A DNA stretch of 64,000 bases, taken from assembly GCA_963789265.1 (NCBI GenBank), contig CAWBKB010000003.1, forward strand, positions 992,001 to 1,056,000. The letters run 5' to 3'. Below, in pieces: positions 19,838 through 30,129 of the stretch. Position 1 is the stretch's first letter. The number at the start of each line of letters is the position of its first letter. A program made the translations under genes and the position numbers. Under the pieces are notes generated by a model. It saw only the letters and a program-made list of their open reading frames with translations, ran no database searches and had not been told where the DNA came from. Source of the stretch: an uncultured delta proteobacterium (lineage in GTDB: Bacteria > Desulfobacterota > Desulfomonilia > Desulfomonilales > Desulfomonilaceae).

Positions 19838-20608
19838 ATGCGAACTATCGATCTCAACTGCGACATGGGCGAAAGTTTCGGCGCTTATACCCTCGGGAGA
19901 GATGAAGATGTCATCAAGCACATTTCATCGGCAAATATAGCGTGCGGTTGGCACGCGGGCGACGCTCTGGTAATGAACCGAAGTGTCCAGCTTGCGGCTG
20001 CCCGCGGCGTCGGAGTTGGCGCCCATCCAAGCTATCCGGATCTTATGGGATTCGGCCGGCGCAACATGAGTTGCACTCCGGAAGAGATCCGCAACTACGT
20101 GATATATCAGATTGGGGCTCTCTCGGCTTTCTGCACGGCTAACCGCGTCAAAATGCGGCACGTCAAACCGCACGGGAGCCTCTATCTGACTGCCGTGGAA
20201 AATGAAGCTGTGGCAACCGCGGTCGCGGAAGCAATAGTCAGCGTTGACCCGGGCCTTATGTTCGTTGCACTAGCCGGTCCCAAAGGCGCTCTCATGGCCG
20301 GAATAGGCGAAAAGCTCGGGCTCAAAGTGGCGTACGAGGCTTTTCCGGATCGGGTATACTCACCGGACGGCACACTCGCGTCACGTAGTTTGCCAGGAGC
20401 GGTAATTTCAGATCGCAGTCAGGTTGCTGAACGTGCTCTGAAAATGGCGACAGAGGGGAAGGTCGTTGCAATAGATGGGACCGAGATCGATCTTCACGCC
20501 CACACTTTGTGCGTTCACGGCGATAATCCAAGTTCCGTGGATTTAGTCAAGACAATTCGGGGGCTGCTGGAAGCCGAGGGCATCGCGGTGAAACCGATGA
20601 ACTCTTGA
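19838..20608 (+). CDS. pxpA: 5-oxoprolinase subunit A (LamB/YcsF)
   Basis: IDLNCDMGESFG, ANIACGWHAGD, GAHPSYPD, HVKPHG, TLCVHGD. Confidence 0.93.
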   Translation: MRTIDLNCDMGESFGAYTLGRDEDVIKHISSANIACGWHAGDALVMNRSVQLAAARGVGVGAHPSYPDLMGFGRRNMSCTPEEIRNYVIYQIGALSAFCTANRVKMRHVKPHGSLYLTAVENEAVATAVAEAIVSVDPGLMFVALAGPKGALMAGIGEKLGLKVAYEAFPDRVYSPDGTLASRSLPGAVISDRSQVAERALKMATEGKVVAIDGTEIDLHAHTLCVHGDNPSSVDLVKTIRGLLEAEGIAVKPMNS

Positions 20609-20641
20609 TCGGGTGATACGTAACAGTTTGCAGGTCAATTG

Positions 20642-21347
20642 ATGAGTGGACTTTACAGGAAAGCAGTCTTTCGACTCGTCGGCGACAGGGGCCTTCTGGT
20701 CGAATATGGAGATGCAATCTCCCCCGAGATTAATATCAAGGTCCGCACTGTGGCGATGGCCATAGCCAAGGCTAAGCCGGAAGGAGTCGTGGAGGTCATC
20801 CCCGCCTATCGATCGCTCTTGATAGTCTATGATCCTCTGGTGACCGATCCCCAAAGCCTTGAAGACAACGTGAATCTCATGGACAATCGACTGGATGCGC
20901 TCGATATAGCGCCACCAAAGACCGTCGAGATCCCTGTCTTGTACGGTGGCGACTTCGGACCTGACATTGAGTTTGTAGCGAGTACGCACAATTTGACGGT
21001 CGAAAATGTAATCAAAATTCACTCCGGGGCGTTTCTATCAAATTTACATGATTGGATTTACTCCCGGGTTTCCTTTTATGGGCCCCCTGCCTGAGGAACT
21101 GTGCACCCCGCGACTGGATACGCCCCGCGAATTGGTCCCCGCCGGCTCGGTGGGGATCGCGAATAACCAAACAGGCATTTACCCTGTGGATAGCCCTGGC
21201 GGTTGGCGGTTGATTGGACGGACCCCGCTGAATCTATTCAACCCATCTAAAAAAGAACCATTTCTTTATGCCGCCGGAGACAAGATCAAGTTCGTGCAGA
21301 TCTCGGAAAAGGAATATTATCGCATCCTATCTGAAGAGAAGGGCTGA
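20642..21347 (+). CDS. pxpB: 5-oxoprolinase subunit B; frameshift near 21033
   Basis: GDRGLLVEYG, PAYRSLL, EIPVLYGG; removing one T gives YQIYMIGFTPGFPF...PAGSVGIA...SPGGWRLIGRTP. Confidence 0.88.
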
Positions 21348-22303
21348 TGGAGGTTTTCAAAGTTCTGGAACCTGGTCCTTTCACGACTGTCCAGGACACT
21401 GGTAGATACGGCTATCAGCAATTTGGAATCCCGGTTTCAGGTGCGCTGGACAAGTTTTCTTACCTGGCTGCGAACGCGCTTGTGGGCAATGGTGAAAGCG
21501 CTGCCGCTCTGGAAATCACCTTCATGGGGCCTCGACTTGAAGCCCTCTCTGAGGCTCTGATAGCTATCACGGGCGCGGAAGTCCCTCTGTTCGTCAATGG
21601 TCAACCCCAGCCGATGTGGACGTCATTCCGCGTTCGCCGTGGTGACATCATCAGCATGAGGGCCGCTGTCAAGGGAGTGCGAGCTTACCTGGCTATGGCC
21701 GGCGGGCTTGCAGTCTCTATGGTCATGGGCAGCCGTTCCACGTACACAGGCGGTAAAATCGGTGGCCTGGAGGGTAGGCCGTTGGCTAAGGGTGACATAC
21801 TGCACCGCGAATCTACCGATTCTTTTGATCGGATTCTGTCTCTGCCCGAGGATTTCAAACCGACATTCAGCAACAGGATCACATTGAGAGCCTTGCCCGG
21901 CCCTCAGGATGACTATTTCGACACGGGGCTCGCCGTGCTCTTTAAAGCGGAGTTCGTGGTCACATCCAAAGCCGACCGCATGGGTTACCGCCTTGAAGGG
22001 CCGATCATTGAACCCAAAGCCGGAGCCTCCTTGAGCATCATCTCAGAGCCCAGCTTGTCGGGATGCATCCAGATCCCTCCGGACGGCCGCCTGATCATAC
22101 TCCTGGTTGAACAGACCGTCGGTGGGTACGCGAAGATCGCGACAATCATTACGCCGGATCTCGACGTCATAGCGCAGGCGCGTCCGGGCGACAAAATTCG
22201 CTTTGCCCGGGTGGATCTTGCTGAAGCCCGTCGGCTTTACCGTGATTATCGTTTCAGACTTGGTAGGCTCCAGCATTCCTTACGTGGGGAATCTTCTATC
22301 TAA
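21347..22303 (+). CDS. pxpC: 5-oxoprolinase subunit C
   Basis: TTVQDTGRYG, GALD, RAYLA, GSRST, ADRMGYRL, IQIPPDG, GGYAKIA. Confidence 0.92.
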   Translation: MEVFKVLEPGPFTTVQDTGRYGYQQFGIPVSGALDKFSYLAANALVGNGESAAALEITFMGPRLEALSEALIAITGAEVPLFVNGQPQPMWTSFRVRRGDIISMRAAVKGVRAYLAMAGGLAVSMVMGSRSTYTGGKIGGLEGRPLAKGDILHRESTDSFDRILSLPEDFKPTFSNRITLRALPGPQDDYFDTGLAVLFKAEFVVTSKADRMGYRLEGPIIEPKAGASLSIISEPSLSGCIQIPPDGRLIILLVEQTVGGYAKIATIITPDLDVIAQARPGDKIRFARVDLAEARRLYRDYRFRLGRLQHSLRGESSI

Positions 22304-22321
22304 CATCTATAATTGCAAGGA

Positions 22322-22460
22322 GTGGAATCCCGCGTCCCGGCGGAAAGCATCTTCATTGGACGGACAGGCTTCAAGCTTGTCCATTAAAATAACCGGCAAG
22401 ATGCCGGTCCCACGAAGTTGAGATTGCTTCGTCCCGCGGGACGCGGGACTTGCAATGACA
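22322..22460. repeat. Composite REP-like palindromic repeats between convergent genes
   Basis: ggacaggcttcaagcttgtcc, accggcaagatgccggt and agattgcttcgtcccgcgggacgcgggacttgcaatgac. Confidence 0.6.
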
Positions 22461-22523
22461 ATTTTTGGGCTCGCACATAAGTAAATGCATGCAAGAAAAA
22501 TCTATGAACCTTCTGCCCCTGCT

Positions 22524-24482
22524 CTAAATTCTGGTTCCGATTTTGTATCCTTCGTGGATAGCATTGTACAGGCTTCGCGGCGTCATGGCGTCGCCTACGA
22601 TGTACAGCTCATCGCAAAAGTACTCCAGGTCATGCACCAGGTTCTGATTCGGGGCCAACGGTCCGGCAAGAATGACCGTATCTGCGGTCAGGGTTTGTTC
22701 TTGTCGGTCTTTGTCGCGGATTCGCACCGCGCTGCCCACGATGGCCAGAGCTTCGGCCTCGGTGTAAAGCCGGATCCCCAACTCTTTTACCAGCCCTGTA
22801 TGGCGCCATTTGAAGGTCATGGAAACGTCGAAATCAACACGGGGGTTAGGTTCGACTATGGCTACTTTCTTGCCTTGATTTGACAACACTTCCGCTGCGG
22901 TAAGACCAACCTTACCGCCGCCCAGAACAACCACGTTCTGTCCGATTTTGGAAAAGTCATCGTTCGCCAGCATATTCCAAGCGTTAAATACATTTTCCGC
23001 GGTCACCCCGGGAATGCTCGGTTTGACGATAGTGGAGCCGGTGGCCACGATCACAACATCCGGGAAAAAGCTCGCAGCAATCCGGCGATCTACCCGCGTG
23101 TTCAAGCGAACATCAATACCCAAGTCCTCAATACGATACAAGTAATACTGCAACAGCTCCTGAAGCACTTCTCCACCACTGATATCCTTGGATGAAGGGA
23201 TCAAGCCGCCACCCAAACGATCTCTTGCCTCAAAGATGACTACTTCATGGCCTCGTTGGGCCGCGGCTATAGCGGCCTCCAGGCCACCGGGCCCACCTCC
23301 TGCAACCATAACCTTTTTCTTGACGACAGCCGGGGTTATGCTGAATTCCGGCTCTACTTCATGACCCAACCGGGGATTCACTGCACAAATATACGGCTGA
23401 TTGTAGAACATCTTTGCCAGGCATAGCATGCACCCGATACAAGGTTTGACGCGTTCCGGCTGCCCCTTTTTCAGTTTGTGTATCAGTTTCGGATCGCTCA
23501 GCAGCGGTCGGCAAATTTCCCAAAAGTCAAAAACACCTGTAGCAAGTGCCTTGTCAGCCTCCCAGGGATCGGACAGGCGAGGACCAAATGCCAGTGGCAC
23601 ATCTCCTATGACCTTTTTGGCTTTTTCTGCGAGATACAGCCACTCAGTCCGGCTTACATCTCGGCCTAAAGCGCCCTGGCGAGATTCGTGCCAGCCAATG
23701 ACCATGCTGATCATGTCCACGCCACAGTCCGCGGCAATACGCATGATCTCCACACATTGGTCCTCCTTATTCCCGCCGAATTCATCCATCAGCTCGGTCC
23801 CGTTGAGGCGAATGATCAACAGCTTGTCCGGGCCAACCGCCTTGCGCAAGGCGTCGATTAGCTCCACCATAAACCGGGCCCGCTTCTCCAGCGAGCCGCC
23901 ATACTCATCGGTCCGTTTATTGGTGAATGGCGAAAGAAAGCAACTCATCAGGTATCCCATAAAACTTGTCACCTCTACGCCGTCATAGCCTGCTTTGATA
24001 CATCTTTCCGCGGCCTTGGCATGATCTTCGATCGCTTGAGCGATCTCGTCCTTCGTCATCTCTCTGGGCGGCCGGAAATGACGCAGAGTCTGCGGAATAG
24101 CCGACGGTTGAACGCAGTAATCTAGGTCAATGCCACCGTAACGTCCGCCGTGAAGGACTTGTTGGATAGCGACGGCCTTGTTTTCGTGAAACAGGTCAGA
24201 AATCCGCTCAAGACCCGGAATATATTTGTCGTCGTTGATACACAGTTGCCGATGGTAAGCCTTACCCTCACCAGCTTTGTCGGGGTAAGCGCCTTGATTG
24301 GTCATTATGGAAGCGCCGGTGGCTGCAATGATCCGGTCACGAGCGTACTCTCTTTCGGTGAGGAAGCCGTCACGAGTATTGAAATTGCTTACGCAACAGG
24401 CTGCATACTTGATGCGATTGTGCACGGTGAATGCACCGACGCGAGCGGGACTGAAGACATGAGGGAACTCTATACGAGCCAT
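22524..24482 (-). CDS. OYE-family NADH:flavin oxidoreductase (2,4-dienoyl-CoA reductase-like: TIM barrel, 4Fe-4S, FAD domain)
   Basis: GYDGVEV...GYL..FLSP..NKRTDEYGGSLE.R, CIGCMLC...CAVNP, GGGPGG and GGGKVG dinucleotide folds; ATG 24482 after GGAGG. Confidence 0.9.
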   Translation of the reverse strand: MARIEFPHVFSPARVGAFTVHNRIKYAACCVSNFNTRDGFLTEREYARDRIIAATGASIMTNQGAYPDKAGEGKAYHRQLCINDDKYIPGLERISDLFHENKAVAIQQVLHGGRYGGIDLDYCVQPSAIPQTLRHFRPPREMTKDEIAQAIEDHAKAAERCIKAGYDGVEVTSFMGYLMSCFLSPFTNKRTDEYGGSLEKRARFMVELIDALRKAVGPDKLLIIRLNGTELMDEFGGNKEDQCVEIMRIAADCGVDMISMVIGWHESRQGALGRDVSRTEWLYLAEKAKKVIGDVPLAFGPRLSDPWEADKALATGVFDFWEICRPLLSDPKLIHKLKKGQPERVKPCIGCMLCLAKMFYNQPYICAVNPRLGHEVEPEFSITPAVVKKKVMVAGGGPGGLEAAIAAAQRGHEVVIFEARDRLGGGLIPSSKDISGGEVLQELLQYYLYRIEDLGIDVRLNTRVDRRIAASFFPDVVIVATGSTIVKPSIPGVTAENVFNAWNMLANDDFSKIGQNVVVLGGGKVGLTAAEVLSNQGKKVAIVEPNPRVDFDVSMTFKWRHTGLVKELGIRLYTEAEALAIVGSAVRIRDKDRQEQTLTADTVILAGPLAPNQNLVHDLEYFCDELYIVGDAMTPRSLYNAIHEGYKIGTRI

Positions 24483-24871
24483 ACGAACCTCCAAACTGCT
24501 ATATCCGTGATATTCGGCGTCATCTACCTGCGGGATGTGGAGTCATGTCGCATCCGCAGGCAAGCCGGAAAAGGGAAGACTATCGGGAAACAGATCGCAA
24601 GCTTCTGCCAAAGCCGCCGAGTCACTGTGCAGAGGCGCACTTAAGGTCAAGTCCTCGCCATCGGAAGAGCAGTATCGCAAGAAGTGGACATTTTGAAAAT
24701 TCTTGACGAGTTGAACTGTCAGCCCAGCAGTAATAGATTCAGCTATCACTACGTAAGCTGAGTCATTTTCAGTACGCACTGGCAAACCTCGATCGCTGAA
24801 GGGAGACCCTTTGACTGTGGCATTTCGCATGTGCAAACCCGGCGCGCCCCAGTTGTGTTCCTATCTCAGGA

Positions 24872-25267
24872 TCAATCAATGATTTCGAGCAATACGCCGA
24901 ACATGGAGTGGGGATGAATGAATGCGAATCTACTGTCCCGCCAGGTTCGAGGTGTCTCGTCTATCAGATCCACGGGCTTCTTCTTGAGCTCCTCCAGGGT
25001 TTGATTCGTGTCGGGCACCTTGAGTGAGAGCAAGTACAGGCCTTCCCCGCGACGCCGAATAAATCGCGCCACTTCGCTGTCATCGCTGGTTGGGGCCACA
25101 AGTTCAAAGCCCACATCCCCTATATAATAGCGAGCCACATCAATCTTTTCGTCATTATCTATGTATCTTTCATCCGGTTCGATGCCAAAGACCTCCTTGA
25201 AACGGGCCTCTGCCAGACCGCGATCTTTCACTGCGATGCAAATATGGTCAATCTTTTCCAATTTCAT
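24872..25267 (-). CDS. VOC / methylmalonyl-CoA epimerase-family protein
   Basis: IDHICIAVKD, ELVAP, RRGEGLY, AFIHP..MFGVLLE. Confidence 0.85.
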   Translation of the reverse strand: MKLEKIDHICIAVKDRGLAEARFKEVFGIEPDERYIDNDEKIDVARYYIGDVGFELVAPTSDDSEVARFIRRRGEGLYLLSLKVPDTNQTLEELKKKPVDLIDETPRTWRDSRFAFIHPHSMFGVLLEIID

Positions 25268-25492
25268 ATCAAACCCTCCGCTGCTAAAGGAAATGTTTGT
25301 GGCTCGTTTTCAGATCATGAGAAAAGGCAGTATCAAGATTTGAGCTAAACGACAAGCCCTGATCCGGCCCAGTGCCACTTGCTTGAAGCCTCATCCGCAC
25401 CAACGGCTTGACCACGGCATGATTGCGGCTACAATCTCTGAAGCCACAGAAATAGAACAGCCAAGAACCGAGTTTGGCTGCAGGAGACCATC

Positions 25493-26926
25493 TTGTTCGA
25501 TAACCTACAACCGGAAGGCAGCCGCTATGACCGGCGCTTTCAGATCCTCTTTGCTTTGATGTTCGGTATAATCCTGACCCCCATTGACGGCAGCATGGTC
25601 AATGTGATTCTGCCCACGCTCACAGATGTCTTTTCTTGCGGAATCGCCACTGCTCAGTGGGTCCCTATGATATATCTGCTGGTCATCAGTAGCTTGCTGT
25701 TGTTCTTTGGCCGTCTTGGAGATATCTGGGGCTACAAGAAAGTCTTTCAATATGGGCTTGTCATCTTCGTGATCGCGTCAGGGCTGTGCGGCCTTTCCCA
25801 GAGCATCTATGAGCTCATCTTGTTTCGGACGCTGCAAGCGGTTGGGGCGACCATGCTGATGGCGGTGCCCCTGGCAATAATCACAGCGTGCTTTCCACGC
25901 AATGAACTCGGACGGGCTTTGGGCACATTCTCCGTCGGTATTGCCGCGGGGCTTGCCATTGGGCCTTCCTTCGGCGGATTTATAGCTTCCCTGTTAGGAT
26001 GGAGATTCACCTTTCTCATTAACGTTCCCATCGGAATAGCAGCGTTCGTTGTCATTCACCGAGTAATGCCGGAAATCAAAGGACAATCCGGCAGATTTGA
26101 TTTTCTGGGCGCTGCAACTGCTTTCGGCTTCTTATTCTGTCTGTTGTTGTTTATCAACCGAGCCCAGGGTTCAGGTCTCAATGCTGCGACTGGAGCTTTG
26201 GTGGTCGTATCCCTCGCAAGCGGGATTGGCTTCGTCATGACCGAACATCAGTCCGCAGACCCAATGCTCAGGCTGAATTTGTTTCGCAACGTCACTTTCA
26301 CGTTCGCTAGCATCAGTTCATTGCTGAACTTCATGGCGCAGTTTGTGGTGATCTTTTTGACACCGTTCTATCTCCAGAGAGTATTGCATTACGCGCCGAA
26401 CAAGATTGGCCTGGTTTTGACGTGTTTCCCGCTGGCGGTCATGGTGGTAGGTCCCATAAGCGGTTGGCTTTCGGATCGTCTGGGGTCACGAGGTCTATCC
26501 TGCCTCGGGCAGCTAATTTGCGCCTTAGCCATGTTTCTACTCGGTCGGTTGCCCGCGTCGGCGGGAACGTTTGACGTTGCGATAAGGCTCACCTTGTTTG
26601 GAATTGGGGCAGCGGTATTCCAATCGCCAAATACGAGCGCCGCCATGAGTTCCGTACCCAGACTTCACCTCGGCGTAGCTTCGGCTGTTCTGGCCCAAAT
26701 GAGAAATATCGGCATGGTTATCGGCATCGCACTGGCCGGAGTGGTCCTTCATGCTGTGGTTCCTGAAGCTATCCTGGCGAAGGAGTCACTGAGCACTTCG
26801 GAAGCGCGTCTTTTTTTGCACGGTGTAGAGAGCGCCTTTCTGCTGGGGGCTTCGATTGCCGTTATTGCAGCAGGGACCGCGCTCGTAAAACAGCGACGCA
26901 ATGGACAGGCTCGTTTGAGCGAATGA
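25493..26926 (+). CDS. MFS transporter, DHA2 (14-TM) family
   Basis: D.SMVNV.LP, GRLGDIWGYKK, GPSFGG, WRFTFLINVPIG; many hydrophobic segments. Confidence 0.9.
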   Translation: MFDNLQPEGSRYDRRFQILFALMFGIILTPIDGSMVNVILPTLTDVFSCGIATAQWVPMIYLLVISSLLLFFGRLGDIWGYKKVFQYGLVIFVIASGLCGLSQSIYELILFRTLQAVGATMLMAVPLAIITACFPRNELGRALGTFSVGIAAGLAIGPSFGGFIASLLGWRFTFLINVPIGIAAFVVIHRVMPEIKGQSGRFDFLGAATAFGFLFCLLLFINRAQGSGLNAATGALVVVSLASGIGFVMTEHQSADPMLRLNLFRNVTFTFASISSLLNFMAQFVVIFLTPFYLQRVLHYAPNKIGLVLTCFPLAVMVVGPISGWLSDRLGSRGLSCLGQLICALAMFLLGRLPASAGTFDVAIRLTLFGIGAAVFQSPNTSAAMSSVPRLHLGVASAVLAQMRNIGMVIGIALAGVVLHAVVPEAILAKESLSTSEARLFLHGVESAFLLGASIAVIAAGTALVKQRRNGQARLSE

Positions 26927-26938
26927 GACGCGCTTCTT

Positions 26939-27669
26939 TCATGGTTTGCAGCCACCGAAAAGCGCCAATTCGTAGTACTTGAAGAAGCAATCTACATCCG
27001 CATAACCGATTTCCCGCAACCAGTCACATTGAGTTTCCACTAAGGCGAAGAGATTCGCTTGTCGTTCGGGACGCTCAAAATACTCCTTTTCGATAGCCGA
27101 CCGCGGTTTGTTCGAACCACGCTGAACTGCGAATTTGTACAGCGAATCGACACGAACACGATCCCATAATGTAGCCGTCCGTTTGCTCGGAGAAGCCACA
27201 TGCTCCATGTTGATGAACATGCCACCTGAAGCCAAAATGTTGAAGATTTCCGAGTATATCTGCCGCTTGCGTGAATCCGGTTGATGATGAATGGAGAAAC
27301 CGGAAACAACGAGGTCGAGGGGAGCGTACAGGGCGACAACCTGTGTCCATTTCGGCCCGCTATAATCGACGGTGCAAAAATGAGTTGATCCTGGCGGGCG
27401 CGGGAGTTTCGCTCGAGCGGCTTCAAGCATAGGTTCAGAGTGATCTGCGAGGATAGCCGTAGCGTCGGATAATTCTCCAGGATTACGGCAGCAAGTATTC
27501 CGTCGCCGCTGCCAAGGTCAATAAAACGATGCACAGGACGACAAAGATCCTTAATCAGACGCAGCATTATCTCGATTTGCTCTTGGATGAATGGCCGCGA
27601 ATCCTTCCTGTCGAGATAATGAGCCACAACGGATTCGGACTTCCAAATTGAATGGTCTATGTCTGCCAT
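26939..27669 (-). CDS. Class I SAM-dependent methyltransferase; frameshift near 27467
   Basis: IDLGSGDG; adding one base gives YPDATAILADHSEPMLEAAR...VVSGFSIHH...GGMFIN. Confidence 0.82.
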
Positions 27670-27760
27670 GTCTTCCCCACTGAGAAAAATATGCTCCATT
27701 GCCCAGCCTTTCGCAAACATGCAGCTATCTGGAGCCCAAACTGCAGAGATCAACCTTGCC

Positions 27761-29035
27761 TCAATGCTCTGCCGGAAACCGGGACTCGATCCAGTCGAAC
27801 AACGTTTCATGGAACATGTTCAAAGCCCCCATCTGACAGTGTTCGGCCCCGCCTTCCGCTTCGGAAAAGATCCTTATGGTTACACTCTTGGCCTTGGTCA
27901 GAGCTTTTCGAAACGCCTCCACCTGTTCCACGGGAAAAAGGTGATCTTTTTCTCCGGCTGTAATCAACACATCGCAGGTGATCAAACCCGCCTCATTCTT
28001 TAGGTCGTATTGATCGAAAATTCTGAGCACGTCGATTGGGTCCTTAGCGCCCATAGTCCATTTCGCGTTGAGTATTCCCCAGCGCATCCCTGGTTTGAAT
28101 TTCATGGCTATTCTCATCATCCAGTTGACCAAGCCGAAGTAACCACGGTCATATAGCCAGATGACCGGCCTCGGCACCTGCCTGAATGCCGCCTCTTGGA
28201 GATTATAGCAGACGTTGTGGGCCACGACTCCGTCAATTCTATGGTCATGGGCCGCGGCCCGGGGCGCAAGATAACCCCCAAGGCTAATTCCCATCAGCAC
28301 AATTTTTGGCGGTCGGCCGTGTTTTTCGATAAAGGCGTCAAGGATGGAGCTGGTGGGTTTTTCCCATTCCGGAGTGAACATGAGGCCCTGTTTGCGAATG
28401 GCCGAGCCTTGACCTGGACCAGCAAAGGTCAGGCAGGAGTAGCCGCGTTCCAAAGCCGCTGCCACTATAAGGAAATAAAGTTCCTCCTGTGTGGAATCAT
28501 ACCCGCCGTGGGCTACCAGCAGGGGTTTGCTCTCTCCCCCTAAAGCCCGATAGAAAACCGCCTTCAAGGTGTGTCCCTCGTATGGCACGGTCAGGACCTC
28601 ATACCGGACGCCCAAATCATCCAATGCCCGGTAAAAGGTTTCCACGCTCTTATCAAAGGCATGCAAACGGCGGCTGTCACCGGGGCGCAAAAAAAACTCG
28701 GCGGTCCGGTAATAATTGGCAGCCCTCAGCAGGGCCTTGCCCTGACTGATTTTGTCTTTGACGCGGTTGGCCCCGTTCTCCACTCGTTGGGCCATGTTAT
28801 ACCAGCCCAAATACCAGCCCTCGTCGTCGCCTTCCTTAAGCCCGCGAATGGCCGCAAGTACCTCCCCGGCCTCGGCCCCGGCAAAAGTTCCCTCCCCTAA
28901 AGTCCGTAGCACCTCATAATTATAGGACTGGTCACTGAACCAGCGCGTGTTCGCGGTCCTGGGTTTGAAAGCCAACCAGCCCAACAATCCGGCCACCACC
29001 AGAACTACTAGGATCCAGCCAAGCCACTTAGCCAT
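27761..29035 (-). CDS. Membrane-anchored alpha/beta hydrolase (FrsA / 2,6-dihydroxypseudooxynicotine hydrolase-like)
   Basis: N-terminal TM helix; RAANYYRTAEF, GGYDS, GISLGG, GEKD, EHCQ. Confidence 0.85.
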   Translation of the reverse strand: MAKWLGWILVVLVVAGLLGWLAFKPRTANTRWFSDQSYNYEVLRTLGEGTFAGAEAGEVLAAIRGLKEGDDEGWYLGWYNMAQRVENGANRVKDKISQGKALLRAANYYRTAEFFLRPGDSRRLHAFDKSVETFYRALDDLGVRYEVLTVPYEGHTLKAVFYRALGGESKPLLVAHGGYDSTQEELYFLIVAAALERGYSCLTFAGPGQGSAIRKQGLMFTPEWEKPTSSILDAFIEKHGRPPKIVLMGISLGGYLAPRAAAHDHRIDGVVAHNVCYNLQEAAFRQVPRPVIWLYDRGYFGLVNWMMRIAMKFKPGMRWGILNAKWTMGAKDPIDVLRIFDQYDLKNEAGLITCDVLITAGEKDHLFPVEQVEAFRKALTKAKSVTIRIFSEAEGGAEHCQMGALNMFHETLFDWIESRFPAEH

Positions 29036-29077
29036 AATCGCACCTCCCTAACAATTGGCTTCACGAATGTGCTAAAA

Positions 29078-29140
29078 TACGAACAAGGTTCATATTTGTG
29101 GCGGATTGTTTCTTAAGTCAAGAAAAAACGAACATCGTTC
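29078..29140. promoter_or_regulatory. Two GAAC-N3-GTTC palindromes, candidate operators of the divergent TetR
   Basis: GAACAAGGTTC 29081-29091 and GAACATCGTTC 29130-29140, flanking a minus-strand TTGACT (29121-29116). Confidence 0.5.
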
Positions 29141-29262
29141 TTGTTTTTGCTGACAAGCTGCGGTATTGCTCAGCAAGCTGAATATGTTCTGAGTATTCCG
29201 CATGGGGCGGTTCCCGAAAGAATTGTCGTCATACGAAATGCGTGTTGACACCCAGTTTAGAT

Positions 29263-29335
29263 TGGTGGGGCGGTCCCGCGCCTCGTGGAACAGCCTGTCT
29301 ATTGGCCCTGACGAGCGAGATGCCCGTCGGCACCG
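29263..29335. repeat. REP-like element similar to 48186-48252
   Basis: ggtcccgcgcctcgtggaacagcctgtc...gacgagcgagatgcccgtcggcacc versus agtcccgcgcctcgcgggacagcctgtc...gacgggcaagatgcccgtcgccac. Confidence 0.65.
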
Positions 29336-29409
29336 GATCATTTCTTTCCGTGATTACTTTTGAGAATCCCCACATTCACACAAAGCCATGTAATCAAATG
29401 CGGAGGCCC

Positions 29410-30061
29410 ATGAAAAAAGTAGCCAGAAACGTTCATCCACATCGGACTCCGTACCAGGAACGAGCCAAAGACAAGAAAGATCGCATCGTCAAGGTCTCGT
29501 ACAGGCTATTCAACTTTCATGGTTTCGAAGCGGTGAGTGTACGCCGCATCGCGCGTGGAAGCCGGAGTGTCCATCGGGACAATCTATGCTTACTTTCGGG
29601 ATAAGCAGGACATTTTTGTAGCTGCACGCCAGATGTATAGACATGAGCTTTATGAGAATTTCCTGGAGGTCATCGAGCACGAACTGGACGCTGCTGCGTC
29701 AGTCGAAGAGGCTCTGATGGCAATGATCAAACGGCTGGACCAGGTGATGGGGCGGCATCTGACCTTTTACCGGGAAATGTTGATTCTGGTCCTGCGGGAT
29801 GAAGAACTGAAGAAAGGATTTATCGTTGACGAGAGGGAAAACGGCCAAGCCGTGGCAGAACTCTTTTTCCGAAAATTTGAATCCAGAATTAAGCTGAAAG
29901 ATCGAGAGTTAACAGCTTTTGTGCTGCGCCGGATCGTCAGGGAAGTGGTGCAATTTATGCTCCTGTTTCCTTCGGATGTATCCAGGGACAGGGTTTACGA
30001 GGAAATGGCCCGCATCATGGCGGGTTATCTGGGCAGAGGCAATGGGTTGGATTTACGATGA
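29410..30061 (+). CDS. TetR/AcrR-family regulator; frameshift near 29553
   Basis: PYQERAK...LF..HGFEAVSVRRIAR|EAGVSIGTIYAYFRDK after removing one G. Confidence 0.82.
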
Positions 30062-30129
30062 TAAAGGGCGAAAGGTTCAGTGACACCCGTGAACTACTGT
30101 CGGTGCGAAGTAAGTCCCAGAGATCACTT

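Noticed and set aside
29081..29140. GAAC/GTTC palindromes as LexA boxes
   Set aside because: The spacing is N3 rather than the N4 of Gram-positive-type SOS boxes, and the flanking genes are not SOS genes.
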